From assembly GCA_950097015.1 (NCBI GenBank), contig CATNEN010000001.1, forward strand, positions 7,626,001-7,690,000: 64,000 nt of DNA, in the 5' to 3' direction. Shown piece by piece: positions 37,771 to 50,197 of the stretch (the stretch's first letter is position 1; each line of letters begins with the position of its first letter). The notes beneath the pieces are model-generated. The model was not told the DNA's origin, ran no database searches, and saw only the letters and a program-made list of their open reading frames with translations. The DNA comes from Macrostomum hystrix (taxonomy: Eukaryota; Animalia; Platyhelminthes). The position numbers and the translations under genes were made by a program.

Positions 37771-38327
37771 CAGCCGTCAATGAATTCTAGAGCTCTAACA
37801 TTTCACAGGCCGATTGTTGAGTTTTGTTTTTTCTGCGAAATGTCTGAATTCGAAGTTAATCACTTCCAAAAAAGGAAATTGCTGCATAATTCCAGTTATG
37901 ATTGCTTGAAAGACTTCGATAAAAACTTGTACAATTTTATTTTTGAACGCTTAATTTATCCGGGTTTTAACACCACGTTCTTACCATTTCATCTCCGAAG
38001 ATTCTGCAATTATTACACATTTTATTATAAAAAACAATAGAACTAGCACTGCTGATATCTTATATATATAGTAATATAGGTATATAGGTATATATAGTGA
38101 TAGTTTAAACGAAAATGCGAGCCCTAAATTAAAACTTGAAAACCCGCATCAAGGTTCGACAAAAGTTTGAGCACCAGTTTCTTATAATCATTCGACGTGA
38201 ATAATTCGCATTCCTAATGAGATCCCCGCACTAAATGTCAACATTTCAAGAGTGAAGGTCACGTTTACACGAAAAATTACGTAAAACTATTGCGTAAGTG
38301 CCTTTCAATCGTCCTTTGCAGCTCTTA

Positions 38328-40317
38328 ATGGACACACAGAAGCTGAAGGACGTCGCGGTGGCGAAGATCGATGCGTCCAGCTCACTGCTGAGCAGCGTGA
38401 GCTCTCGCCTGTGGAGCAACCCGGAGCTGGCCCTGGAGGAGCGAATGGCGCACCAGATGCTGACGGAGGTGCTGGAGCAGGCGGGCTTCAGCGTGACTCG
38501 CCACTTTGTGCTGGAGACCGGATTCAAGGCCACATTCGGGTCGTCTCCGACTGCTCGGCCCCACGTGGCTGTGATGTGCGAGTTCGACGCCCTGCCTTCG
38601 ATCGGACACGCGTGCGGCCACAACCTGATCGCGGAGGTGGCGGTGGGCGCCGGACTGGGCATCAAGGCCGCCATCGAGGCCGGAGCGGTCGGGAGGGTGA
38701 CCGTGCTCGGCACACCGGCCGAGGAGGAGCACGGAGGCAAGGTGGACATGATCAGGTAAATTCTTGTCATCCTTCTGACAAAAATTTTTGTTCTTTGTCA
38801 AAATATCTGGTCATAATTGCCTGTAACTCATGTCTGCAGTGTTTATTTGTTGTTTTATTAGCTACAAAGGAATTTGTCAATTGTTTACACTGTGTAATGT
38901 AGATTATTTCCACTGGAGGATCGGACTTTATTGCGAAAAAAACGGGTTCACGACCAGCTCGTTATATTCTTTTGAATTTTGATTCTACACTGCATTTTAC
39001 ATCCCTGCAGTGCGGGCTTCTTCCGTGACGTAGACGTCGCAATGATGTCGCACCCGTACAAGCTGACGGTGGCTCGTGCGTCTGCACTCAGCATTTTCGC
39101 TTTCTTCGCCACCTTCACCGGCAAGGCGTCGCACGCCGCCGGGTCGCCCTGGGAGGGCGTGAATGCTCTGGACGCTGCGGTGACGGCCTACCAGAGCGTG
39201 TCGAACCTGCGACAGCAGATGCGGCCCGACTGGCGGGTCCACGGCATCTTTAAGGAGGGCGGTCAGCGACCCAACATCATCCCGGAGCGGGCTGTGCTGG
39301 GTGAGTGAGCTCAATACATTTGCAACTACTGGTTTAGTTTCATTTTCAATTTGCTGCACCCCAGATCCTCAGAACTAAAGCTCCACCCCAGATCCTCAGA
39401 ACTCTATCTCCACTCCAGATCCTCAGAACTCTATCTCCACTCCAGATCCTCAGAACTCTATCTCCACTCCAGATCCTCAGAGCTAAAGCTCCACTCCAGA
39501 TCCTCAGAACTCTATCTCCACTCCAGATCCTCAGAACTCTATCTCCACTCCAGATCCTCAGAACTCTATCTCCACTCCAGATCCTCAGAACTATAGCTCC
39601 ACTCCAGATCCTCAGCAGCTAGAGTTGACCTCAGATCCTCATGGCTCCACTCCAGATCCTCAGCAGCTAGAGTTGACCTCAGATCCTCATGGCTCCACTC
39701 CAGATCCTCAAAACTATAGCTCCACTCCAGATCCTCAGCAGCTAGAGTTGACCTCAGATCCTCATGCCTCCACTCTAGTATACTGAACGAAGTAGCACGA
39801 AGCAAATTTATTGATAAGATTTCTCATTGTTTTCCTTATCAACTCAGAGTTCTACTCTCGCGCCCCCACGGACAAAGAGCTAGACGTTTTGCGACTCAAA
39901 ATAGAAGCCTGCTGCCACGGAGCGGCTCAGGCCACCGGCTGTGAGTATCAGATCACACCGAACGGTCATTCGTTCAGCAACGTAGTGAACAATGAGCCAC
40001 TTATGCTGCTGTATACTAGCAACATGAAGCAACTCAAAGAATTTTTTTTGGATATTCTGCCCGACTCGTTCGGCTCAACCGACATGGGCAACGTGAGCTA
40101 CGCTGTGCCGTCCATCCATCCGATGTTCACAGTAGGTGGCCGCGCTGAGAACCACACCAGGGAGTTCACGGAGCTAGCTGGTCAGCCAGGCGCACAGCCG
40201 CACGCTCTGGCTCAGGCCAAGGCTCTGGCCATGACTGCCGTCGACATCCTGACTCAACCGGCTGAGCTGGAGAGAGTTCGGCTGAGCTTCGATGCGGATC
40301 TGGCCAGACTGAATTAA
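38328..40317 (+). CDS. PM20D2: PM20D2-like copy 2; exons 38328-38755, 39011-39300, 39848-40317
   Basis: Same motifs, intact splice phases. Confidence 0.92.
39352..39778. repeat. Minisatellite, 27-bp unit CTCCACTCCAGATCCTCAGAACTCTAT plus derived units
   Basis: Tandem copies in the last intron of copy 2. Confidence 0.95.
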
Positions 40318-40704
40318 CGAGTTGAAATTATGTTACTTTGACTAGAGTCTCAAGGCTGCAATGTGTAACGAATCGGATGGATACTGTTTTGATATATACA
40401 ATGCTGCTACCGTTGAAGCGCTCTTTTTTAACAAACAACTATTTTACTCCCATCCTCGTCAGTTAGAATCAAAGTTTGTAATTATCTTTCTCAGGTTGAG
40501 ACTATTATAAATTAAATGCTCGTAGGAGCTGAATAAATTTACAGTAAATTGATGCTGCTCTTCTGTGATTTAAATAACTAAAACATCGTTTGACATTATA
40601 TTTGCTTTCAAGTTATTTCATTGAAAGTTGCGAATAAAGCCAATCAAATGCAAATACAAACGCTCAATCGTTCTTTCATTTCAGAACTTCGTCAACAGCT
40701 CTTC

Positions 40705-41966
40705 ATGGACCCGCAGAAGCTGAAGGACGTCGCGGTGGCGAAGATCGATGCGTCCAGCTCACTGCTGAGCAGCGTGAGCTCTCGCCTGTGGAGCAACCCG
40801 GAGCTGGCCCTGGAGGAACGAATGGCGCACCAGATGCTGACGGAGGTGCTGGAGCAGGCGGGCTTCAGCGTGACTCGCCACTTTGTGCTGGAGACCGGAT
40901 TCAAGGCCACATTCGGGTCGTCTCCGACTGCTCGGCCCCACGTGGCTGTGATGTGCGAGTTCGACGCCCTGCCTTCGATCGGACACGCGTGCGGCCACAA
41001 CCTGATCGCGGAGGTAGCGGTGGGCGCCGGACTGGGCATCAAGGCCGCCATCGAGGCCGGGGCAGTCGGGAGAGTGACCGTGCTCGGCACACCGGCCGAG
41101 GAGGCTCACGGAGGCAAGATCGACATGATTGGGTCTGGCTTCTTTGATGACGTGGACGCTGCTCTGATGGCGCACCCAGACCGCATGACCACTGTGCACA
41201 GCGCGCACCTCAGTCGGATCAAGCTTTGCGCCACCTTCACCGGCAAGGCGTCGCACGCCGCCGGCTCGCCCTGGGAGGGCGTGAATGCTCTGGACGCTGC
41301 GGTGACGGCCTACCAGAGCATTTCGAATTTGCGACAGCAGATGCGGCCCGACTGGCGGGTCCACGGCATCTTCGTTGAAGGCGGTCAGCGACCCAACATC
41401 ATCCCGGAGCGTGCAGTTCTAGGTCTGCCGTCAATTTCGTTTGCGCTTTTCAAACGAAAATGAACTCTAAAAACCTGTATGTCTTTTTCCTTGCAGAGTA
41501 CAGCGTTCGAGCGTCGACCGACTCTGATACCAAGCTTCTTCGAACCAAGGTGGAGCGCTGCATGCAGGCGGCTGCGCTGGCCACGGGCTGCCACTGCACC
41601 GTATCGGAGCCGGATCCAGAGTACAAGAATGTGATCCCAAATCGAGGACTTGCCAGAGCGTACAGTGCCAACCTGCAGCAGCTGGGCATTGAGCACAGCC
41701 AGCTGTATCCTGAACCCACCGGCTCCACCGACATGGGCAACGTGAGCTACGCTGTGCCTTCCATCCACCCAATGTTCCGCATCGGTGGCGACGCTGCAAC
41801 GCACAGTGCCGGCTTCGCAACGCTTGCTGGAGCTCCGGAGGCGCAGCCGTTCGCTCTGGACCAAGCCAAGGCTCTGGCCATGACGGGCATCGACCTGTTG
41901 ACGGACGCTGCACTGTTGAAGCGCTGCTGGGAGACCTTCAAAGAGGACCTCAGCATCTACGGCTAG
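40705..41966 (+). CDS. PM20D2: PM20D2-like copy 3 (lacks intron 1); exons 40705-41422, 41497-41966
   Basis: Continuous ORF through KIDMIGSGFF; motifs intact. Confidence 0.92.
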
Positions 41967-42282
41967 AGCTGCTGGGAGACCTTCAAAGAGGACCTCAGCA
42001 TCTACGGCTAGAGCTGCTGGGAGACCTTCAAGAAAGACCTCAGCATCTACGGCTAGAGCTGCTGGGAGACCTTCAAAGAGGACCTCAGCATCTACGGCTA
42101 GAGCTGCTGTGAGACCTTCAAAGAGGACCTCAGCATATATGGCTAGAGCTGCTTTGAGACCTTCAAAGAGGACCTCAGCATATCTGGCTAGAGCTGCTGG
42201 GAGACCTTCAAAGAGGACCTCAGCATCTACGGCTAGAGCTGCTGGGAGACCATCAAGGAGGAGCTCAGCACTTGCGCCTAGT
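41923..42282 (+). repeat. 45-bp tandem repeat of the copy-3 coding end including its stop codon
   Basis: GCTGCTGGGAGACCTTCAAAGAGGACCTCAGCATCTACGGCTAGA x7 plus one diverged unit. Confidence 0.95.
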
Positions 42283-42865
42283 TCAACGATGTTCTATGGA
42301 TAGTATTGTATCTATTTTCATTCACTGATTTAACTGGTGGTATTGTTTTCCTTGTTATTGAGTCACTCACTGTTTGACGTGTTTTTCGTTAGTATTTTTT
42401 GCACTCGCTACGATTGCTACTTAGAGGTGCATTAGTTTTCAGACATTTTTTGCCGTCTTAATTTAGTTTTAGAAAGTGTTTCTTGTGCTTTTGTTTATTT
42501 TCCTTATATATTTTCGTTAAATTGTTTCTCTAGGTTCAAGTCCATTCAAATCCTACAAATTGTATATTGAAAAAATTTAGCCTAATGCCATGAATAAGTA
42601 GGCTATTTGAACTTATTGTTGACAACAATTGTCTTTTTCAACTGCACGTCTACTCTTATGTCATTAAACATGAATTAAGCATGATCCGGTTGTCTTATGG
42701 CATAATCTAGTTCTTATAGTTACTGCTGGATTAGCGAATTAAGATACATACATAAATTAGACGCATTAGGGCACACCTTAATATATGCTGACGCTTCAAA
42801 GTTATCTTCACTTTTTTATTGCGAGAAACTATTGCGTAAGTGTCTTTAACTGTTTGCAGCTCTTT

Positions 42866-44764
42866 ATGGACACGCAGAAGCTGAAGGACGTCGCGGTGGC
42901 GAAGATCGATGCGTCCAGCTCACTGCTGAGCAGCGTGAGCTCTCGCCTGTGGAGCAACCCGGAGCTGGCCCTGGAGGAGCGAATGGCGCACCAGATGCTG
43001 ACGGAGGTGCTGGAGCAGGCGGGCTTCAGCGTGACTCGCCACTTTGTGCTGGAGACCGGATTCAAGGCCACATTCGGATCGTCTCCGACTGCTCGGCCCC
43101 ACGTGGCTGTGATGTGCGAGTTCGACGCCCTGCCTTCGATCGGACATGCGTGCGGCCACAACCTTATCGCGGAGGTAGCGGTGGGCGCCGGAGTGGGCAT
43201 CAAGGCCGCCATCGAGGCCGGAGCGGTCGGGAGAGTGACCGTGCTCGGCACACCGGCCGAGGAGGCTCACGGAGGCAAAGTCGACATGATCAAGTACGTT
43301 CTTGACGACCATGTCATTTCTTTGAATTACTGTTAATGATTTGTTTCGCTTTTGGCAGCAGTTTCTACTCGCACTTGTATGCCTCGATGAATTATCATTA
43401 CTCTGGTGCGGTTTTTCAGAAACTCAAGGTCAAAGTGAGTTTGAAACATGAGTACATGAGTCTAGAAATGTTCTGCTTCAATTGAGTTTATTTTATTGGA
43501 TGCTTAAACAAACTATTTGGTATATTTTCCTGCGATAAGAAATCTTCGAAGACTGAGTAGTCTTGTGTTCTCAATCGAACCTGTAAATCTGTAAATTGAT
43601 GTCCCTGTGAGGAGTGCCGTGCCGAGAGACCGATGTATTGTGGTAGACGAAAAAGCCTAAAGCGAAGTAGGCTCTGAGCAATCGGTTATATTTGATATCT
43701 GGTGATGAACATGCAACGTGCACGTGATAGGCGCAGATGTACAATAATCGCTCGCAGTTGAACGCACTCTACGATATAACTCAGGGCTTATAGCTAACAC
43801 GACTGAACGAAAGCGCGCCCACTGGGGCCTGCAGTCCCGTCCATTGTTTATGTTCTGACTGTTTTGTTTCGATTCTGTTAACATAGCCAAGGCGTTCTAT
43901 TAGCGCATTATTCCTATTCTTGCCATTGCAGCTCAGGGTTTTTCAATGACGTCGACGCAGCGCTGATGGCACACCCAGACCGCATGACCACTGTGCACAG
44001 CGCGCACCTCAGCTGCTCGAACATCATCGTGACCTTCACCGGCAAGGCGTCGCACGCCGCCGGCTCTCCTTGGGATGGCGTGAATGCTGTGGACGCTGCG
44101 GTGACGGCCTACCAGAGCGTGTCGAACCTTCGGCAGCAGATGCGGCCTGACTGGCGCGTGCACGGCATCTTTAAGGAGGGCGGTCAGCGACCCAACATCA
44201 TCCCGGAACGCGCGGTACTGGGTAGAGTCACAGAACGGATTATCTTGCCTTTGTCCTTGAAAATTCTTTCACTAACTTCACTGAATTCTTTTAGAGTTCA
44301 TTACGCGAGCTACAACGGACACTGATTCGAGACTTCTTCGTACCAAGGTGGAGCGCTGCATGCAGGCGGCTGCGCTGGCCACGGGCTGCCACTGCACCGT
44401 ATCGGAGCTGGATCCAGAGTACAAGAATGTGATCCCAAATCGAGGACTGGCCGGAGCGTACAGTGCCAACCTGCAGCAGCTGGGCATTGAGCACAGCCAG
44501 CTGTATCCTGAACCCACCGGCTCCACCGACATGGGCAACGTGAGCTACGCTGTGCCTTCCATCCACCCAATGTTCCGCATCGGTGGCGACGCTGCAACGC
44601 ACAGTGCCGGCTTCGCAACGCTTGCTGGAGCTCCGGAGGCGCAGCCGTTCGCTCTGGACCAAGCCAAGGCTCTGGCCATGACGGGCATCGACCTGTTGAC
44701 GGACGCTGCACTGTTGAAGCGCTGCTGGGAGACCTTCAAAGAGGACCTCAGCATCTACGGCTAG
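42866..44764 (+). CDS. PM20D2: PM20D2-like copy 4; exons 42866-43293, 43932-44221, 44295-44764
   Basis: Motifs intact; last exon nearly identical to copy 3. Confidence 0.92.
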
Positions 44765-45557
44765 AGCTGCTATGAGACCTTCAAAGAGGACCTCAGCATC
44801 TACGGTTTGACGCGACTGTAGTGCATCATTTTCGTCTTTTAGTGTGTTTGCAAGGGATTTTCAGTGTTTATGTGTACTTCTCTGTTTTCGGCTCTCTTAG
44901 TTCTGATTGGATGTCTGTCTATGCGTTCGTTGTCTCTACTTCCGTTGCCTTTAGTTTACCCAACCCTTTTCCAGGTCTGAGCTGTCCTTATGTCTCTGCG
45001 GTTTTCTCTCCTCAGTCTTTGTTTATGCTCTATCTGTCCACCCCTCTTTTTCAGCGCGCTCAGACAACTATTTTCTTACCCATTTTATCTATTTAAGGGT
45101 CACACAATCATCAAATGACTCTTTTTTGTGGCAATATTGTGTCATGTTTAAGTAATTAGGGAATAATTGGATTTACAATCGTTTGTTTCGGCCTAATTTG
45201 ATGACACTGTAAAAGAGCCCTCAAATATGCTATTTTGAGGGCCTATCCATCATGCTCATGCCTAATTATTGTTAATTTGTCTCGCCTTGTCTAGCGACAA
45301 CGGTTTGACTTCGAGCTTGTGTTTTTCATTCAATTTAGCAAGACTTCAATTTATCACGACTGAATATCTGCTTCATTATAATCATGTTAACAAAAAATAT
45401 ATATCAACATTTAAGTAAGTGCGTTAAAAATAACTAATCCTAGGTGTAGATACGACAAGACAGAGTAAGCCACTGAAATCTAAAGTTTAGATAAAATTTC
45501 GCACGTAATTGTACCTTACATTACTTAAGTTTGTGGCAACCCAAACCTTTACAGCTC

Positions 45558-46955
45558 ATGGACCCACAGAAGCTGAAGGACGTCGCGGTGGCGAAGATCG
45601 AGACGTCCAGCTCACTGCTGAGCAGCGTGAGCTCTCGCCTGTGGAGCAACCCGGAGCTGGCCCTGGAGGAACGAATGGCGCACCAGATGCTGACGGAGGT
45701 GCTGGAGCAGGCGGGCTTCAGCGTGACTCGCCACTTTGTGCTGGAGACCGGATTCAAGGCCACATTCGGGTCGTCTCCGACTGCTCGGCCCCACGTGGCT
45801 GTGATGTGCGAGTTCGACGCCCTGCCTTCGATCGGACACGCGTGCGGCCACAACCTGATCGCGGAGGTGGCGGTGGGCGCCGGACTGGGCATCAAGGCCG
45901 CCATCGAGGCCGGAGCGGTCGGGAGAGTGACCGTGCTCGGCACACCGGCTGAGGAGACTGTGGGAGGAAAGATAAACATGATTAGGTAAATTGAGTAGTA
46001 ATCTTGTTGGTTCTGCTTTGAGAAAAGTCTTATTTAGTAACCCATCTTGCGTAACCCTTTCTTGTCTTCGTTCTGCTCATGTTGTATTCTATTTTTTGCA
46101 GCGCTGGATTCTTTGACGATGTGGACGTCGCAATGATGTCACACCCGTACAAGGTGACTCTGGCTCGCATTTTCTGCCTCAGCATGTGCGCTATCCGTGC
46201 CACCTTCTCCGGCAAGGCGTCGCACGCCGCCGGCTCGCCCTGGGAGGGCGTGAATGCTCTGGACGCTGCGGTGACGGCCTACCAGAGCGTGTCGAACCTG
46301 CGACAGCAGATGCGGCCCGAGTGGCGGGTCCATGGCATCTTCGTTGAAGGCGGTCAGCGGCCCAACATCATCCCGGAGAGGGCTGTGCTGGGTGTGTCTT
46401 TGTTGACTTTGAATTTCTGTGAAAGTTTTTAGTTACAAATTAGTTTAGTATATCATTTCACCGTGTTACTAACCAATGGCAGAGTTCTATGTGCGCACCC
46501 CCACTGACAAAGAACTGGCCATTCTACGTCGCAAAGTTGAAGCCTGCTTCCAAGCTGGGGCTCTGGCCACCGGATGCGACTGCCGGATCGAAATGACCGA
46601 GCCTACCATGAGCAACTTGGTGAACAATGAGTCCCTGATGCTGCTGTACACCAGCAACCTCAAGCACCTTGGAGTGTCCTTCATTGAGCTGGATTCAGAA
46701 CCGGGCGGCTCAACTGACATGGGCAACGTGAGCTACACTGTGCCGTCCATCCATCCGATGTTCACAGTAGGTGGTAGCGCCGAGAACCACACCAGGGAGT
46801 TCACGGAGCTAGCTGGTCAGCCAGGCGCTCAGCCGCACGCTCTGGCTCAGGCCAAGGCTCTGGCCATGACTGGCGTCGACATCCTGACTCAACCAGCTGA
46901 GCTGGAGCGAGTTCGGCTGAGCTTCTCTGCGGATCTGGCCAGACTCAGCGAGTAG
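45558..46955 (+). CDS. PM20D2: PM20D2-like copy 5; exons 45558-45985, 46102-46391, 46483-46955
   Basis: Motifs intact. Confidence 0.92.
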
Positions 46956-47588
46956 TTTGAGACCATAGCCGATGCTATTGTTAATGCCTGAATGTTAACA
47001 TTTTGTCACCTATAGTGCGCATCTTCGTACTAAAATCATGCTTTTCATTGTGGAGAATTGTATTATAATCACATGTGCAAGAGTCTAGTTTGTCTATGTC
47101 AATTAAGGTTTTACTGACATGTACGCTACGCAAAAACCTTCTTCCCGGTAATGGTTTCCTTCTCGGTTTGTCGATTGTTTCATTTTCTAATTCAATAGCG
47201 TCATAAATGCTTTCATAAATAATTCTTCTGCACCTGTGTCTTGACTGCATGAATATTTAATGATAAAGTCTAGTTTTTATGGTGAACTGATTTCTTCATG
47301 CTGTAAGTTTTACAATGATTTACAACTATGTGGGTTACAGTTAGGACTTGCCAAGCAAGCATTGTTAACTGATTTACAATTTCTTTATTAAACTTGAACT
47401 TTAAATTCCAACATTGAGTCTGCGACCAATTAAAGTTGATTCCAGCCTCACAAAGACCAAAAGCACCAATTGTTCACTTAGCGTCGTTTTTATCTTTCTC
47501 ATAATTATCTGAACAATAATATTTAATATGCTACGAATAATTCAATATTTATTCCATGCAATCTTTACTTGTGCAATTCCAGCAGCTC

Positions 47589-49310
47589 ATGGAGACGCAG
47601 AAGCTGAAAGACGTCGCGGTGGCGAAGATCGAGACGTCCAGCTCACTGCTGAGCAGCGTGAGCTCTCGCCTGTGGAGCAACCCGGAGCTGGCCCTGGAGG
47701 AGCGAATGGCGCACCAGATGCTGACGGAGGTGCTGGAGCAGGCGGGCTTCTGCGTGACTCGCCACTTTGTGCTGGAGACTGGATTCAAGGCCACATTCGG
47801 GTCGTCTCCGACTGCTCGGCCCCACGTGGCTGTGATGTGCGAGTTCGACGCCCTGCCTTCTATCGGACACGCGTGCGGCCACAACCTGATCGCGGAGGTG
47901 GCGGTGGGCGCCGGACTGGGCATCAAGGCCGCCATCGAGGCCGGAGCGGTCGGGAGAGTGACCGTGCTCGGCACACCGGCCGAGGAGGCTCACGGAGGCA
48001 AGATTGATATGATCAGGTACGTTTGCCGGAGTTCCGGATTTGTGAATATATTAACTGTTAATCAATTAATTGTAACAATTGTTTTCTCTTTTTCCTTAAT
48101 TTCGAAGGGCTGGATTCTTTATTGACATCGACGTCGCCATGATGGCCCATCCGCAGAGGCAGTCGGTGGCTCGCGCCTTCTCATTCAGCATGTGCGCCCT
48201 CCGTGCCACCTTCTCCGGCAAAGCGTCGCACGCCGCCGGATCGCCCTGGGAGGGCGTGAATGCTCTGGACGCTGCGGTGACGGCCTACCAGAGCGTGTCG
48301 AACCTGCGACAGCAGATGCGGCCCGACTGGCGGGTCCATGGCATCTTCGTTGATGGCGGTCAGCGGCCCAACATCATCCCGGAGCGGGCTGTGCTGGGTG
48401 ATTACTTATCCATTATTTTTTCCTTTGCTTTATCTTTGGTCGCTCTTAAATATATAATTGGCCCTCAACAAATGGGTCTGATGCTAAAGAAGCACTAGCA
48501 TCAGTGATGCGTAGCAATTCAGTAGCAAGGAGAATTCTAGGATTGGCAGAGTTGCAGCTAAAAATAGAACATGACTAAAAAGTGCAAGTAAACAGGCACA
48601 TGACCTTGACCACCACGTGACGTGAGGCATGCACCCCAGACAGACAGACAGGGAATCACGTGCTCGGGGCACACAAACAAAGGCACTAACCACCACGCAG
48701 GGTGAGAGACTGCTGCCGGCACGAATCCGACTGAGGACAAGACCTGCAAAGAGAAATTAATTTTGGAGCGAACAAATTGTTTTTATTGCTTCTTCATTTC
48801 GTAAAACTCGTAATTACAGTTTTATAAATATTTGCAGAGTACTATGTTCGCGCACCAACTGACAGAGAGGTTGGCCTTCTTAAAGCCAAAGTAGAAGCCT
48901 GTTTTAAAGCTGGCGCTTTGGCCACCGGCTGCGATTGTCATATTGAAATTACTGGCCAACCGTTCAGCAACTTGGTAAACAATGAGCCCCTGATGCTGCT
49001 GTACACCGGCAACCTGAAGCACCTTGGTGTGTCCTTCACTGAGCTGGATTCAGAACCGGGCGGCTCAACCGACATGGGCAACGTGAGCTACGTTGTGCCG
49101 TCCATCCATCCGATGTTCGGCATCGGCGGCAAGACGTCCAACCACACGCCAGAGTTTGCTGAACTAGCTGGTCGGCCAGGCGCACAGCCGCACGCTCTGG
49201 CTCAGGCCAAGGCCCTGGCCATGACTGCCGTCGACATCCTGAGTCAACCGGCTGAGCTGGAGCGAGTAAGGTTGAGCTTCTCTGCGGATCTGGCCAGACT
49301 CAGCGAGTAG
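47589..49310 (+). CDS. PM20D2: PM20D2-like copy 6; exons 47589-48016, 48108-48397, 48838-49310
   Basis: Motifs intact. Confidence 0.92.
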
Positions 49311-50197
49311 AGTATGAAACATCATTTCTTCAGGTGAAAGCCAAAACCAAATTTTCAATTTTTATCTGCTGGTGACCCATTTATTTAATTTAAATGCGCT
49401 ACGATAACACATAAAATTATCTACGTCAGTTATTGTTATTAACAAATTCACAGATCTTAGGAATGCAAAGCAATTGGAATTTAAGTGTCTTTTACATTGC
49501 CACAAATTGGTTTTAACGGTTTGAAAAATATTTTGTTCTTGTTACTTTAGGCTTTTAGTCTGACAACAATTATTAGAATTAGCTGGTATTAATTTTTTAC
49601 TTTGTCTTTGTTTTTCAATTTTGCTATATATTGATCAAAAAAATTGACACTTTTATTTTAACTTCAATTTCCTTTGTGATTCTCATTCCATATGTGTGAT
49701 TATAAAGGTTTCTATTGCGGTTAGTGTCGACATCTATATATTAAAAATTCTTGTTAATACAACGGCAAATGGTGTGCCTGCTTTATAACTGGGATCTAAA
49801 TGTTTCAACCTGATTAAAAAATGTTTTTCTTCTTTCGGAAATTTAAAGAAGAATTTCATTTTACTAAGATATATTTACAAGTATTGAACTAAGGAACTGG
49901 TCCTACTCGATTTAGCGACACACATCTACCCCTCAGACAGCCACACCTAAGCTAAGTCTTACATCCAGCCTCTAAGGCTCAAGAAATCTATTTGTCCGAG
50001 GCAGTTGGACTCGAGTCCAAATGCGCACTACCACGCAGCCATATCATGCCCTAATAGAGCATGCCATACTAAGTAAAAGAGTGTTTGTTGTTCGTATGCA
50101 GAACCAGCCCTTAGACCCATGGTACCAATCGAGTAAGTTATCTAATTACAAAGTGTCCATGGAATTAAGCTTCAACAGTTGTTTTTTTCAGCAGCTC

